Source: Phoronis australis (lineage: Eukaryota; Animalia; Phoronida). Taken from it: a stretch of DNA of 64,000 nucleotides. The position numbers and the translations under genes were made by a program. Below are positions 56,801-63,750 of this stretch, piece by piece. The DNA is taken from assembly GCA_002633005.1 (NCBI GenBank), contig NMRA01000074.1, positions 140,791-204,790 of the forward strand, in the 5' to 3' direction. The notes beneath the pieces were generated by a model, which did not search any database, was not told where the DNA came from, and saw only the letters and a list, made by a program, of their open reading frames with translations. Every line of letters starts with the position of its first letter. The stretch's first letter is position 1.

Positions 56801-58688
56801 TTTTCGACGAGGTGACAAACGTAACTATCCGGGCTGTGTGAAGTATCGAGGTCTGTTTGGTCTCAATAAGCAGTGGCACCTTGCTGTATTTTGAAAATAG
56901 TCTTCATGCAACTAGCTGGCTACATAGGAAGGCTCTAGTTTCGAAAAGATGTTTTACTGCGAAAGTGACAACAATTTCTGAATGATGATGGATGATGGAT
57001 GACACTATAAACCGATCAGTCTTCCGTTTTCATGCGCCCATGATTTAATATCGGCGCTATGTTCAAACCATTGTTTATGTTGTTTCTAAAATAAAATTGG
57101 GTTCTATTGCTGTACCAACACATTAAGAAATTATACAGAAATAAGCAATAATTATCTGTGGTAAATCGCAATATACAGCGTGATGAAGTGATCATCAAGA
57201 GCAATAACGGATGAGCGCAAATGCGTGATGCTTGTTGAGCATTCCGCTGCATGAAAACACTTGAGGTCGTGTATTGAGTGTTGTATTCTGATTGTTATGC
57301 AATTTTACTGTAAATTTCAAATTTCGTGCTTGTTTTTGTGCAAAATGTACTGTATAAAAAGTCTCATATCTAAATTTAGAAATTATGCTTCCGCGATATC
57401 ACTTAACGTTTGATTTTACCACGCCGTCATTAATTCAACATAAAGTTTTAGGCTGGTGTAATGTCACGCACTTCGTATTTGTAGGTTGATTCGATTTTAT
57501 TTCCTTTCAATAGTTGAACAAAAGTTTATAAACCGATGTCAAGACCTGAGTTGCCAGTGGTGAACGAACAGCGAACAGTAAAATGTTTGTTTGGCCAAAG
57601 TTCACCCGTTAAGTCATAAAATGGTAATTGCCGACCAAGGACACGCTTAATCCGAATTGGTCGTCTACGCTAGGCGACCACTTAGCCGACTCAAGTGCCG
57701 ACCACAGAGGCGACTCAGTAGACGGCTCCTAGCCGACCGTTGTTGGTCGGCTGCTGGTCGGCTAGACGACCGGTCGACGGCCGGTCGTCGACCAATTTCC
57801 GACCGGTCGGCCAAAAATTCGTGATGTGTGCTGTATATTGATGAGATTTTATCGCAGTCAACTTGAAGAACAAAAAATGGATATATACCTTGAGAAATTG
57901 AACGTCCTCAACTCGGGATGCATTCATCAACAAACTTGGATCATTCTCTGGTTGTACAAATGCCGGTTCCTGGGCTTCTGTGAGAATCTTTCCTTTGTTT
58001 GGGGCAATGGAGTCATAACATGGCAGTTCGATGTCAGAATAAGTTGCCTTCTCTCTGTCACTGTGAACAGCTTTCTCTTGTACGAAAGCGTCGCGTTCGT
58101 TTTTACCAGTAGATGTAGCCATTGCATCCAGTAAAGATCTTGATTTGTTATTTTTCATCTCGCAGCTAAATACAGAGCTCTGTCTCAAGCCAGCAGACAG
58201 CCGCGTGCTTGTTGTTGATTTTGAGATAAGCATTGTGGACAGACCAGAATTCGTCAAGGACAAGTTTGTATTTTTCACAGTCAAACCCAAGGATGTGCCC
58301 AGCATTGATGTCTTTGGATTCATGCCAGTCAGGCTTTGCCCTGAGAACCGTGATTTAAGGGCAATCGATGATTGCAGAGCATACCCAGCTGTCAGATGAC
58401 CACGTGGTTTTGTAGTCTTCTCTCCAGAAAACTGAAGGAGGCTCGACTTCTTTGTTAAGGAAACAGTATTGCCCTTATTTGACTGTGGTCGATCACGAGC
58501 AGGTGTCTTACCTGATGATGACACGTCTGACTTTTTCTTGACAGAGACACCTGTGGACACAGAATGAAGGCGTCTGGATTCAAGAACTTCTTGGGTATTG
58601 CCTTCATTTTTCTTCGCTGACAAAGCGCACAAAGAACTGGTCTTACGCGTATGAATTGGAATTACAGGTGCTTTTAAGTTAGATTGAT
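496..58688 (-). CDS. TEP1: Telomerase protein component 1 (TROVE-vWA-DUF4062-NACHT-WD40), multi-exon, 47 coding exons in window; start unresolved, 3' end beyond window start
   Basis: Exons join in frame through GT(GC)-AG sites. Motifs: [14 protein letters not shown] and [12 protein letters not shown] (TROVE), [18 protein letters not shown]...VDLRWGV (DUF4062), GGPGSGKSS and FVVVIDGID (NACHT Walker A/B), [10 protein letters not shown], many GH...WD repeats. Domain order matches TEP1. Confidence 0.95.
1110..1336 (-). CDS. TEP1: TEP1 exon (WD40)
   Basis: [11 protein letters not shown]...[11 protein letters not shown]...GHRAEVTC. Confidence 0.92.
2086..2261 (-). CDS. TEP1: TEP1 exon (WD40)
   Basis: [18 protein letters not shown]. 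Confidence 0.92.
2816..2954 (-). CDS. TEP1: TEP1 exon (WD40)
   Basis: [29 protein letters not shown]. Confidence 0.92.
3901..4008 (-). CDS. TEP1: TEP1 exon (WD40)
   Basis: [13 protein letters not shown]...LTGHTSSIS. Confidence 0.92.
4460..4812. repeat. ~80-90 bp tandem repeat containing exon 3' end plus donor site
   Basis: 5 occurrences of ttacaatayggtcrctgatatca separated by ...ggcctgataacaag...; the last overlaps exon 4795-4914. Confidence 0.85.
4795..4914 (-). CDS. TEP1: TEP1 exon (WD40)
   Basis: SLILWS...[13 protein letters not shown]. Confidence 0.92.
5548..5641 (-). CDS. TEP1: TEP1 exon (WD40)
   Basis: [27 protein letters not shown]. Confidence 0.93.
6217..6368 (-). CDS. TEP1: TEP1 exon (WD40)
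   Basis: [12 protein letters not shown]...[11 protein letters not shown]. Confidence 0.92.
6714..6820 (-). CDS. TEP1: TEP1 exon (WD40)
   Basis: PLHCVKF...[11 protein letters not shown]. Confidence 0.88.
6951..7098 (-). CDS. TEP1: TEP1 exon (WD40)
   Basis: VWSGHLGQ...[14 protein letters not shown]. Confidence 0.92.
7353..8868. mobile_element. Non-autonomous TIR DNA transposon, family A (hAT-like termini, 6-bp TSD)
   Basis: Ends taaggcttgga...tccaagccttg; flanks ataaac/acaaac; both subterminal regions homologous to 41376-41843. Confidence 0.7.
9109..9207 (-). CDS. TEP1: TEP1 exon (WD40; GC donor)
   Basis: [12 protein letters not shown]...TVGDDNKIK, ends AAG|GCAAGT. Confidence 0.88.
10021..10140 (-). 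CDS. TEP1: TEP1 exon (WD40)
   Basis: [14 protein letters not shown]...[11 protein letters not shown]. Confidence 0.93.
10485..10593 (-). CDS. TEP1: TEP1 exon (WD40)
   Basis: [27 protein letters not shown]. Confidence 0.93.
11083..11238 (-). CDS. TEP1: TEP1 exon (WD40)
   Basis: [10 protein letters not shown]...[12 protein letters not shown]. Confidence 0.92.
11639..11763 (-). CDS. TEP1: TEP1 exon (WD40)
   Basis: [13 protein letters not shown]...[11 protein letters not shown]. Confidence 0.92.
11780..11862. repeat. (CAA)n microsatellite
   Basis: caacaacaacaa run next to an exon acceptor. Confidence 0.9.
12389..12484 (-). CDS. TEP1: TEP1 exon (WD40)
   Basis: [26 protein letters not shown]. 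Confidence 0.92.
12658..12938 (-). CDS. TEP1: TEP1 exon
   Basis: [30 protein letters not shown]...QWVNKP. Confidence 0.92.
13775..13889 (-). CDS. TEP1: TEP1 exon
   Basis: [23 protein letters not shown]. Confidence 0.9.
14350..14438 (-). CDS. TEP1: TEP1 exon
   Basis: YFLHAADP...AFSELPFHL. Confidence 0.92.
14714..14826 (-). CDS. TEP1: TEP1 exon, duplicate copy B
   Basis: 113 nt, [13 protein letters not shown]...HTLLA; 4 substitutions vs copy A. Confidence 0.7.
15393..15505 (-). CDS. TEP1: TEP1 exon, duplicate copy A
   Basis: 113 nt, [13 protein letters not shown]...HTLLA; intact splice sites; only one copy fits the frame. Confidence 0.7.
16431..16611 (-). CDS. TEP1: TEP1 exon
   Basis: [10 protein letters not shown]...[15 protein letters not shown]. 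Confidence 0.88.
17205..17337 (-). CDS. TEP1: TEP1 exon
   Basis: [21 protein letters not shown]...ARNG. Confidence 0.9.
18165..18256. repeat. 43-bp perfect tandem duplication
   Basis: caaattttcattgatacttggatgccatgagaagacattgagt x2. Confidence 0.85.
18527..18619 (-). CDS. TEP1: TEP1 exon (NACHT GxP region)
   Basis: [31 protein letters not shown]. Confidence 0.93.
19145..19324 (-). CDS. TEP1: TEP1 exon (NACHT)
   Basis: NVIILLS...[20 protein letters not shown]. Confidence 0.92.
19700..19847 (-). CDS. TEP1: TEP1 exon (NACHT Walker B)
   Basis: [11 protein letters not shown]...[10 protein letters not shown]. Confidence 0.93.
19967..20142 (-). CDS. TEP1: TEP1 exon (NACHT)
   Basis: [22 protein letters not shown]. 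Confidence 0.93.
20583..20765 (-). CDS. TEP1: TEP1 exon (NACHT Walker A)
   Basis: FVGRKNLL...[15 protein letters not shown]. Confidence 0.94.
21333..21453 (-). CDS. TEP1: TEP1 exon
   Basis: [34 protein letters not shown]. Confidence 0.93.
22318..22431 (-). CDS. TEP1: TEP1 exon
   Basis: [10 protein letters not shown]...[13 protein letters not shown]. Confidence 0.9.
22765..23010 (-). CDS. TEP1: TEP1 exon (DUF4062)
   Basis: [26 protein letters not shown]...[14 protein letters not shown]...AFFYLRD. Confidence 0.95.
23608..23784 (-). CDS. TEP1: TEP1 exon (DUF4062)
   Basis: [30 protein letters not shown]...[11 protein letters not shown]. Confidence 0.95.
24083..24822 (-). mobile_element. Degenerate HINE (Helentron-associated) copy interrupted by a MITE
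   Basis: caagagcaacacggagcgttgaaatgcac end, cactagggggcac and ccaaatttcatgaaa motifs shared with 46261-48266. Confidence 0.65.
24155..24540. mobile_element. Tc1/mariner-pogo-like MITE
   Basis: TA|ccgggattatccgtagataagcc ... ggcttatttaatggaaaatcctgg|TA: imperfect TIR with TA TSD. Confidence 0.7.
25494..25661 (-). CDS. TEP1: TEP1 exon
   Basis: [23 protein letters not shown]. Confidence 0.9.
25904..26150. mobile_element. PIF/Harbinger-like MITE
   Basis: cgg|gggcccgttccaa ... ttggaacaggccc|cgg: TIR plus 3-bp TSD. Confidence 0.65.
26251..26319 (-). CDS. TEP1: TEP1 exon
   Basis: [16 protein letters not shown]. Confidence 0.9.
27070..27203 (-). CDS. TEP1: TEP1 exon (vWA-like)
   Basis: VDNMVVLS...[20 protein letters not shown]. 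Confidence 0.9.
28131..28211 (-). CDS. TEP1: TEP1 exon
   Basis: ILNTQNPSG...IFRDRLQ, 81 nt, AG/GT flanks. Confidence 0.8.
28490..28856. repeat. ~71-bp tandem repeat containing exon 3' end plus donor site
   Basis: ctcaa(g/a)g at 28538, 28608, 28679, 28751, 28822; the last lies in exon 28818-28970. Confidence 0.85.
28818..28970 (-). CDS. TEP1: TEP1 exon (vWA-like)
   Basis: [16 protein letters not shown]...[11 protein letters not shown]. Confidence 0.92.
29402..29491. mobile_element. 90-bp Kolobok-like MITE
   Basis: ttaa|aggcaaaggcaaccttttt...aaaaaggttgcctttgcct|ttga; same termini as 61020-62620. Confidence 0.75.
29528..31220 (-). mobile_element. Kolobok-like non-autonomous transposon with THAP remnant
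   Basis: TTAA|aggtgaatgccac...gtggcattctcct|TTAA. Confidence 0.75.
30850..31056 (-). pseudogene. Decayed THAP zinc-finger domain (transposase N-terminus)
   Basis: MPLYCCA..(frameshifts)..[39 protein letters not shown]; aligns by eye with the THAP remnant at 61286. Confidence 0.65.
31460..31640 (-). CDS. TEP1: TEP1 exon (TROVE end / vWA start)
   Basis: [33 protein letters not shown]...ARGLGKPRQ. Confidence 0.92.
34003..34165 (-). CDS. TEP1: TEP1 exon (RGG/RG-rich insert in TROVE)
   Basis: [20 protein letters not shown]...KKKNKNK; its 163 nt are needed to keep frame between the flanking exons. Confidence 0.88.
34409..35264 (-). mobile_element. HINE/DINE-1-like Helentron derivative
   Basis: aacaagagcaacgcagagcgttgaaatgcacccac at one end, gcgggcgcataaaa at the other; internal gccactag units. 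Confidence 0.75.
35306..36729 (-). mobile_element. HINE copy (spans assembly gap), close relative of 46261-48266
   Basis: High identity to 46261-46780 before the gap and to 47890-48240 after it. Confidence 0.85.
35793..36385. other. Assembly gap (593 N) inside the HINE central tandem repeat
   Basis: Run of N. Confidence 0.99.
36730..38947 (-). mobile_element. Older HINE copy interrupted by a family-B element
   Basis: Diverged gccactag units at 36730-36913 and 38044-38830; ends gacagacgg...gcgggcgcataaaa. Confidence 0.7.
36914..38043. mobile_element. Non-autonomous TIR transposon, family B copy 1
   Basis: cagtgtttcccctg...caggggaaacact; flanks (a)ttcgt/(c)ttcgt; colinear with 42005-44746; contains a 16-bp gcgatcatttttacta array. 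Confidence 0.8.
39293..39383 (-). CDS. TEP1: TEP1 exon (TROVE)
   Basis: [20 protein letters not shown]. Confidence 0.92.
39348..39566. repeat. 44-bp tandem repeat containing acceptor site plus exon 5' end
   Basis: ctgc (minus-strand gcAG) at 39384, 39428, 39472, 39516, 39560. Confidence 0.92.
40153..40262 (-). CDS. TEP1: TEP1 exon (TROVE)
   Basis: [22 protein letters not shown]. Confidence 0.94.
41376..41843. mobile_element. Non-autonomous TIR transposon, family A short copy
   Basis: gtatat|cagggtttggaat...attccaagccttg|gtatat: perfect 6-bp TSD. Confidence 0.8.
42971..44387. mobile_element. Tc1/mariner-pogo-like non-autonomous element nested in family B copy 2
   Basis: Perfect 27-bp TIR ccgtattcgccgtaataaccgcccagg with TA TSD; empty site tacttattcat visible in copy 1 near 37820. 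Confidence 0.9.
44398..44617. repeat. 16-bp minisatellite (gcgatc[a/c]tttttact[a/g]), about 13 units
   Basis: Only about 4 units at the homologous site 37838-37915. Confidence 0.9.
44833..44990 (-). CDS. TEP1: TEP1 exon (TROVE)
   Basis: [15 protein letters not shown]...[31 protein letters not shown]. Confidence 0.94.
46119..46237 (-). CDS. TEP1: TEP1 exon (TROVE)
   Basis: [27 protein letters not shown]. Confidence 0.92.
46261..48266 (-). mobile_element. Complete HINE/DINE-1-like Helentron derivative with ~451-bp central tandem repeats
   Basis: Minus strand: 5' ttatgcgcccac subTIR with partial inverted copy, (GTCC)n microsatellite, ~3 central units, 3' subTIR gtgggcgcat, hairpin caacgc-tct-gcgttg, ends ctcttgtt. 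Confidence 0.85.
48917..49044 (-). CDS. TEP1: TEP1 exon (TROVE, K/S-rich insert)
   Basis: [13 protein letters not shown]...[14 protein letters not shown], phases match neighbours. Confidence 0.88.
49419..49655 (+). mobile_element. Degenerate tRNA-derived SINE
   Basis: tRNA-like head (gctccagtggtgagag...aagtttaatccctggc), CORE-like middle, tail aacctgtgatggattagtatccc...ctacagaaaccggag; recognised by eye only. Confidence 0.45.
50392..50488 (-). CDS. TEP1: TEP1 exon (TROVE)
   Basis: [22 protein letters not shown]. Confidence 0.93.
51048..51209 (-). CDS. TEP1: TEP1 exon (TROVE)
   Basis: [20 protein letters not shown]...[15 protein letters not shown]. Confidence 0.93.
52007..52141 (-). CDS. 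TEP1: TEP1 exon (TROVE start)
   Basis: [12 protein letters not shown]...[15 protein letters not shown] flanks. Confidence 0.9.
52675..57833. mobile_element. 5.2-kb non-autonomous TIR element with subterminal gccgacc repeats
   Basis: TA|cagcacacatcac(a/g)aatttttggccg(c/a)ccggtcggaaattggtcgacgac inverted at both ends; no transposase ORF. Confidence 0.85.
56208..56935. repeat. Dispersed repeat starting tagccttggtgc, homologous to 60467-61019 + 62621-62850
   Basis: Shared blocks such as atgaaatattgygtcacctwttrgccagtttctttt and ccagatyttgcatgcac. Confidence 0.7.
57889..58688 (-). CDS. TEP1: TEP1 exon (first traced; S/K/T-rich N-terminal region)
   Basis: 800-nt open exon, ttttcAG acceptor, AAG|GTATAT donor, in frame with the next exon; part may be UTR (first in-frame ATG at 58323). 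Confidence 0.75.
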
Positions 58689-59399
58689 CTGAAAATAAAA
58701 TTAGTTTCCGTGACAGTACAGTTAGTATTACGCCACAACATAAATTGGGTTACAATTAATAGACATTCTTATACCAAAAACAAACCACAGCTTACAAAGT
58801 CCATAATGATCACAGTCCAATATAGATATACAAACACAGTAAAGCCAAAAAAGTAACTCGTGGATAGATTTATGCGAGTCAAAACTTACATTTTCCTTTG
58901 ATCAATAAATCAGACCTCTGTCCTGTATTCCATTTCTTTAGCAAAGAAGGACCAGAGATGTCCATCTCAATTACTCAGGAGTCTGAAAAATGAGCAACAC
59001 AAGTGACCAAATTATTCAAAATGTAAACATTGTCAGAATTAATAAGCCGACTAAAAGTTGCTGAACCCGAATTTGCCAAGTAAGGCTTAGATTCAGGTGC
59101 ATGTCCCTGCATTCTCTAACAACAGATCACAGACCAGATTTTTCCAAGGACCCTAATTAAAGAGACATCATCTGTTTTGAGGGCAAAACGCAACTGTGGG
59201 ATTATTGTTTGATGGGATAGATATCTTTGACACGAGAAAAATTTATTTTCAAGATTATATATAACAAATTGTCAATTGGTAGATAGCCCTCATGGGTAAC
59301 CTGCCAACCGATAGTTATCACCAGGAGCTTGTATCTCAAAGAGCTTATTGGCTTTTCTCTTTTAGAAAATGGACAATTGCCCCACAAAGAAAGAAGTTC

Positions 59400-59455
59400 A
59401 TGTTAACTCAACCTTTCGTCTTATTCAACAAGACATCATCAGGATATGTACAGTA
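59400..59455 (-). ncRNA. Minimal hammerhead-ribozyme-like motif (probably degenerate)
   Basis: CUGAUGA-u-GUCUU[guugaau]AAGAC-GAAA; stems I and III imperfect. Confidence 0.5.
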
Positions 59456-59790
59456 GGACAACAAGTGTCGATATTCTTTCAAGTCACATCCATGTGGTGA
59501 AATGAGAGTGAGAGATACAGGGAAAGTAAGCGGGTCATTACCATAGTTGCAGGGTCACTGAGCTCTGCACATTATTGAGAGAATCAGTAGCATGCTGATC
59601 CTGAATGGCCAATGACTCCTTGATATACAGTAATTCCTTAGCATGTTCTTTACAAATAATACTAACTGAATTGGCTTGATGATTGTTGCTAATACAATGC
59701 CTATAAATGTTACTTTTGTCGGATGTGTTGTGTTCTTTCAGCCTGTCTTTTGTATTAAGCCAAAAGCCAGATATTTGACTACTAGTACGC
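59400..59790 (-). mobile_element. Penelope-like retroelement 3' remnant (GIY-YIG endonuclease C-terminal part)
   Basis: RLKEHN...SNIYRHCISNNH...IICKEH...YIKESLAI...SLNN...* (stop at 59538) followed by a hammerhead core. Confidence 0.7.
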
Positions 59791-61019
59791 ACAATCAAAT
59801 GTTGATTGTATTTCTTATGCGTGCCACATTTTCGTATTTCTGTCTTTAGACTTTGAGTTGTGGAAGACTTTCTGACTTTCAGCCTAACCTTAATCTTCAT
59901 GAGCAAGCTAGGCATTTGTAGGTTTTTAGTTAAAAGACAAAAGCCAACAGGCTCTTCGCGAAACAAGCCCCAGGAACTGGTGTTAACCCTTGAGTGAAAA
60001 ACTATAATGTACTGAAAACCAGAAAGCCCAACATATTCAGTCAATAAACTTTGTCTGCTTCTTATCCTGTTCCATGCAATTTAATTGCCATAATGTTAAA
60101 AATCATCCATTGACAGTTCTGCATTCTTATAGGCAATGACACAACCTTTTTGACAAGGTGACCTTTAATATTGCATATGTAGGACAAAAAACTGAAAGGA
60201 AGCTAAATGCAGTTTTGGTAACATGTATTTTTATGTGTACAATCTGTCTCCAGAGTGCTTTACTTTTTCAACAGTGAAATAAATCAGTTGAGCATTCCCA
60301 TTACAGGGCTACCACCTGCATGCCCGAGACATCCACAGGTGATATATTGCCTAAATCAGGTAATGCCCCCAATTCAAAACTGGAGTGGGAATCACATCTA
60401 GTTACCTGGAAAATAACAACTACTATATAGGATAACCATTATCAGATCCAGCAGCTTATCAATCGCTAGCCTTGGTGCAAAACTAATTACTAAATATACA
60501 GCTTAATGCCGCGATGTTGGTAAAAAACTCAGACTAGATAAAATCTGACACAAAGTTAGTGTCATTAAAAACTACACTCTTCGTTGACTAAACTAATTTT
60601 TTTACCAGTGTTGGAAAAATTGGTGTTCTACTGTTATTCCGCTGCTAAATTGTGGTGCGATCTCTTAAGTCAGCTTTCAGCGCCATGAAATATTGTGTCA
60701 CCTATTGGCCAGTTTCTTTTTTCGCCGATTCGGTATCAATCAACCGTCGTTCTTTCATGAGGTTGCGTACACATCACAACAAATTATTGGAACTGGTTTC
60801 ACTACATATAAGTTTTTAGAATTTTGATAGGCCCTACCAGTAAACCAAATTTCCGAACAAATTTTGCTACTGCGAAGCACAGTCATCACTTCCCGAGATA
60901 TTTGACACAAAAATTTAGGAAATGGCGTAAGTGTGTGACAGAAGCACACTGTTTTCAAAACAATGACATACTTTTCGTTGTTACAAAAGGCGGAGATGTT
61001 TATGATGCTTTTCCCTTAA

Positions 61020-62620
61020 AGGCAAAGGCAACCTTTTTTCAAGTCACTTTTAGCAAAACTAAGGTTCATTGATTATCCCAGACACATTTTTCACTTAATT
61101 ACAGCTTTTTGTAATTTGATTAATTTCTCGTCCTCTACTCCGGAAGTGACGTTTTGGGAGGCAAGAGTTTCGCGCCAATTTCTTTTCATTATAGTCTGAC
61201 TAAGAGAGCTGTCGAGTCAGTCATTGTTCTACCTCATTTGTGATAAGTTCAGTCGTCGTTTGCTTTTGTTTACAAGTCAGTCAACATGCCATGCTATTGC
61301 TGCGTGCCGGGATGTACTCATTATCGTCTCACACGCGCTTTGGGTACCTTGCGTCGTTTTCCGAAGGATGACACACTTCGCCGTACTTGGCTAATTCGTT
61401 CATGTGAAGAACGCAGCGCTACCAGTCAACGCAACGTACAAAGCAATGGAAGGTTACCGAGTGTGTGGCAAGCATTTTCTGTCGTCAGGTTATGACAGAT
61501 ATGTACGCAGCATTGATGAAGGTCCCTGCGAAACAATGCCTGAAGAAGGGTACCATACCGTCGCTGTTGATTCCTGGCAGTGCCCCGTCGCCAACCCAAA
61601 GTGCATTTTTAAAGCGAAAAGCCTCGCGAGCTGTGGCCACTATGTACAGTAACTGGAGGCATTTCATCTACTGTCACCCGTGCCTCCGAACATACCCCAT
61701 TGCGTGCAGTTCCGGGAATCAAAACGTAGAATTGTCGCGAGGACTTGACAGGGACCTCAGGGGTCTCACACTCCACTGATTCATCCACATTATTTTGAAA
61801 ATGCTTTTCCCAGACACATTGTGTCATAAAAGAGATAAGCACATCTGCAGGAGACGCAGCAAGTAGAACTACTCTCGTTTATCACTTTGGCATAGACTCA
61901 CAGTTGAAATGTGTTTTTTTTCTGTTAACACCAGATCGTCCGGAGTTGCACCATATACCAACTCCGGACGGTTTCTCAAGACGATTTAGCGTTATGTAGC
62001 AGTGATTCGCCCTGTGCTGTTGTCTCTAGCCCAGAGCCTGTAAGCAGCCCTGCAGCGATGTTGAGTAGTGGGAGTGAATACAGACCCAGTTCAACACCCA
62101 GTGAAGAGGACAGTTTCATCCAATGAACAGATCGGTGAGCCTAAGTTCGATAAGTTTATTGTGGACTTGTATTGGAGCTATTTGGAAGGTGCTAGGTGTG
62201 TGGCGAGGGAGTCATATGGCGGGATGTAAGCAGTTTGGGTGCTCAGATCACCCTCCAGTGGGAGTTTGTCGCGGGACACTCGGGCAAGTGGGACAGTTCT
62301 TCCTCTGTACGTGAGACGATAATGAGTACACCCCAGTACGCAGCAACAGCGTGGCATGTTGACTGACTCGTAAGCAAAAGCAAACCACAATCGAACTTAT
62401 CACAACCGAGGTAGAACAATGACTGACTCGACTGCTCTTACAGTCAGACTATACAAAAAAAATTGGCGCGAAATTCTTGCCTCCCAAAACGTCACGTCTG
62501 GAGTAAACGACGAGTAATTAATTAAATTACGAAAAGCAGTAAATAAGTGAAAAATATGTCTGGGATAATCAACGAACCTTATTTTTCCTAAAAATGACAT
62601 GAGAAAGGTTGCCTTCGCCT
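61020..62620 (+). mobile_element. Kolobok-like element with ~310-bp inverted ends
   Basis: TTAA|aggcaaaggcaacc...ggttgccttcgcct|TTAA; inverted similarity between 61020-61332 and 62311-62620. Confidence 0.88.
61286..62310 (+). pseudogene. Frameshifted, truncated THAP-domain transposase
   Basis: MPCYCCVPGC...RFPKDDTLRRTWL / ...YRVCGKHF / ...LKKGTIPSL; downstream KFIVD...LELFGRC*VCG...GAQITLQWEFVAGHSGKWDSS. Confidence 0.8.
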
Positions 62621-63149
62621 TTAATTAAAAAATGGCTGTAGTTACAGGCAATAGTGTTGGTTGACTCCCAGATCTTGCATGCACCGACCGAAGGTCTTTA
62701 GCTCTACATGTTGACACAAGTTTCACGGCGAGGTAACGAGCAGAACTACCAGGGCTGTGTGCAGTTTCGAAGTCTGTCAGAGCTCAACAGTCAACACACA
62801 GTAAGTGGTACCTAGCTGTATTTTGACGATCATACATGCAGCTAGCTGGCCGGCTAATTAGTCGCCTCAGTGCTCACGTTCTAATCTGCAGTCAACAACA
62901 CACGTCTGCTCACTTCCAATCTGCCCGAAGGCTAATAACAATACACTGCGCCTGTGACTGTGGCGACCTAAATGGCTATGGCTATGCCCGGCTGTGGCTG
63001 CCACTCCAGTCGGTGATGAGTGTTGACTGTTGATGGAGGTTCACGTGCCTCTTTACTGTCTGGTAAAATTTACCACAAATAATTATAAAAAGGTACTCCT
63101 AAGTGATGCAATCAACTGCTTAAACGACAACAAATGGAAGACCACTTAC

Positions 63150-63750
63150 AGACTGAATGAGCGTAAACAGGTTGCAAAACTTGCTGACCTCGACAACTCG
63201 ACTCAAGTCCAATAGATGATTTCACAACAAATCAACACCTTGCATTTCCGGTCATTCATCAAGATAAAAAATTCCGGGGTTTTCATAAATTAGGGATTAA
63301 AGATTGCAATGATACAATATGTTCAAACACAATCATTTCATAGATAAGTTTGGTTTTAAAAGTAAGCCAAATAAGTTCAGCATTGTTCGTATGACATTTT
63401 CTGCTTAAAAGTTCACTTCCTGGTGATGTAAAAGCAGACGACAGGTTTGTTGAAACCGAGATTTCCTGATATTTTTTCCCAAGTAGGACAACGAACTTTG
63501 AATTTTTATAGTTTAACAGTTAAATGTGATCGGAATTACGTGAAAAGGAGTATAATGCACATCTGTGTGCCAAATATCCGAGATGTTAGTGGCATACAGT
63601 CGTCAACGCCAGAAATTTGTAACATGCACAACTGCGCATGCGCTAAATCTTGCCAGAAGCCCTCCATAAGAAATGCAGAATGGTGAATGTTGGACAATTC
63701 CCCTTTTGTCCACTGACGTCACAAGCATACTGGCGCCCCCAGTGGAGGCC
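63150..63750 (-). promoter_or_regulatory. Candidate TEP1 promoter / non-coding first exon
   Basis: GCGCATGCGC (NRF1-type, 63634), TGACGTCA (CRE, 63714), CCGGAAAT (ETS, ~63245), TCT|GTAAGT donor at 63150/63149. Confidence 0.3.

Larger units (their letters stand above)
60467..62934. repeat. TAGCCTT-ended dispersed repeat split by a Kolobok insertion
   Basis: tagccttggtgca...tgcccgaaggcta imperfect inverted ends; no clear TSD. Confidence 0.5.

Noticed and set aside
60406-60439. Possible start exon ATGGTTATC...CCAG|GTAACT (phase 1, would fit exon 58688)
   Set aside because: The same bases read equally well as an acceptor (ttattttccAG), and no good upstream acceptor is visible; cannot decide without transcripts.
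63730-63748. CTCF-like tggcgcccccagtgga
   Set aside because: One base short of the consensus spacing; weak match.
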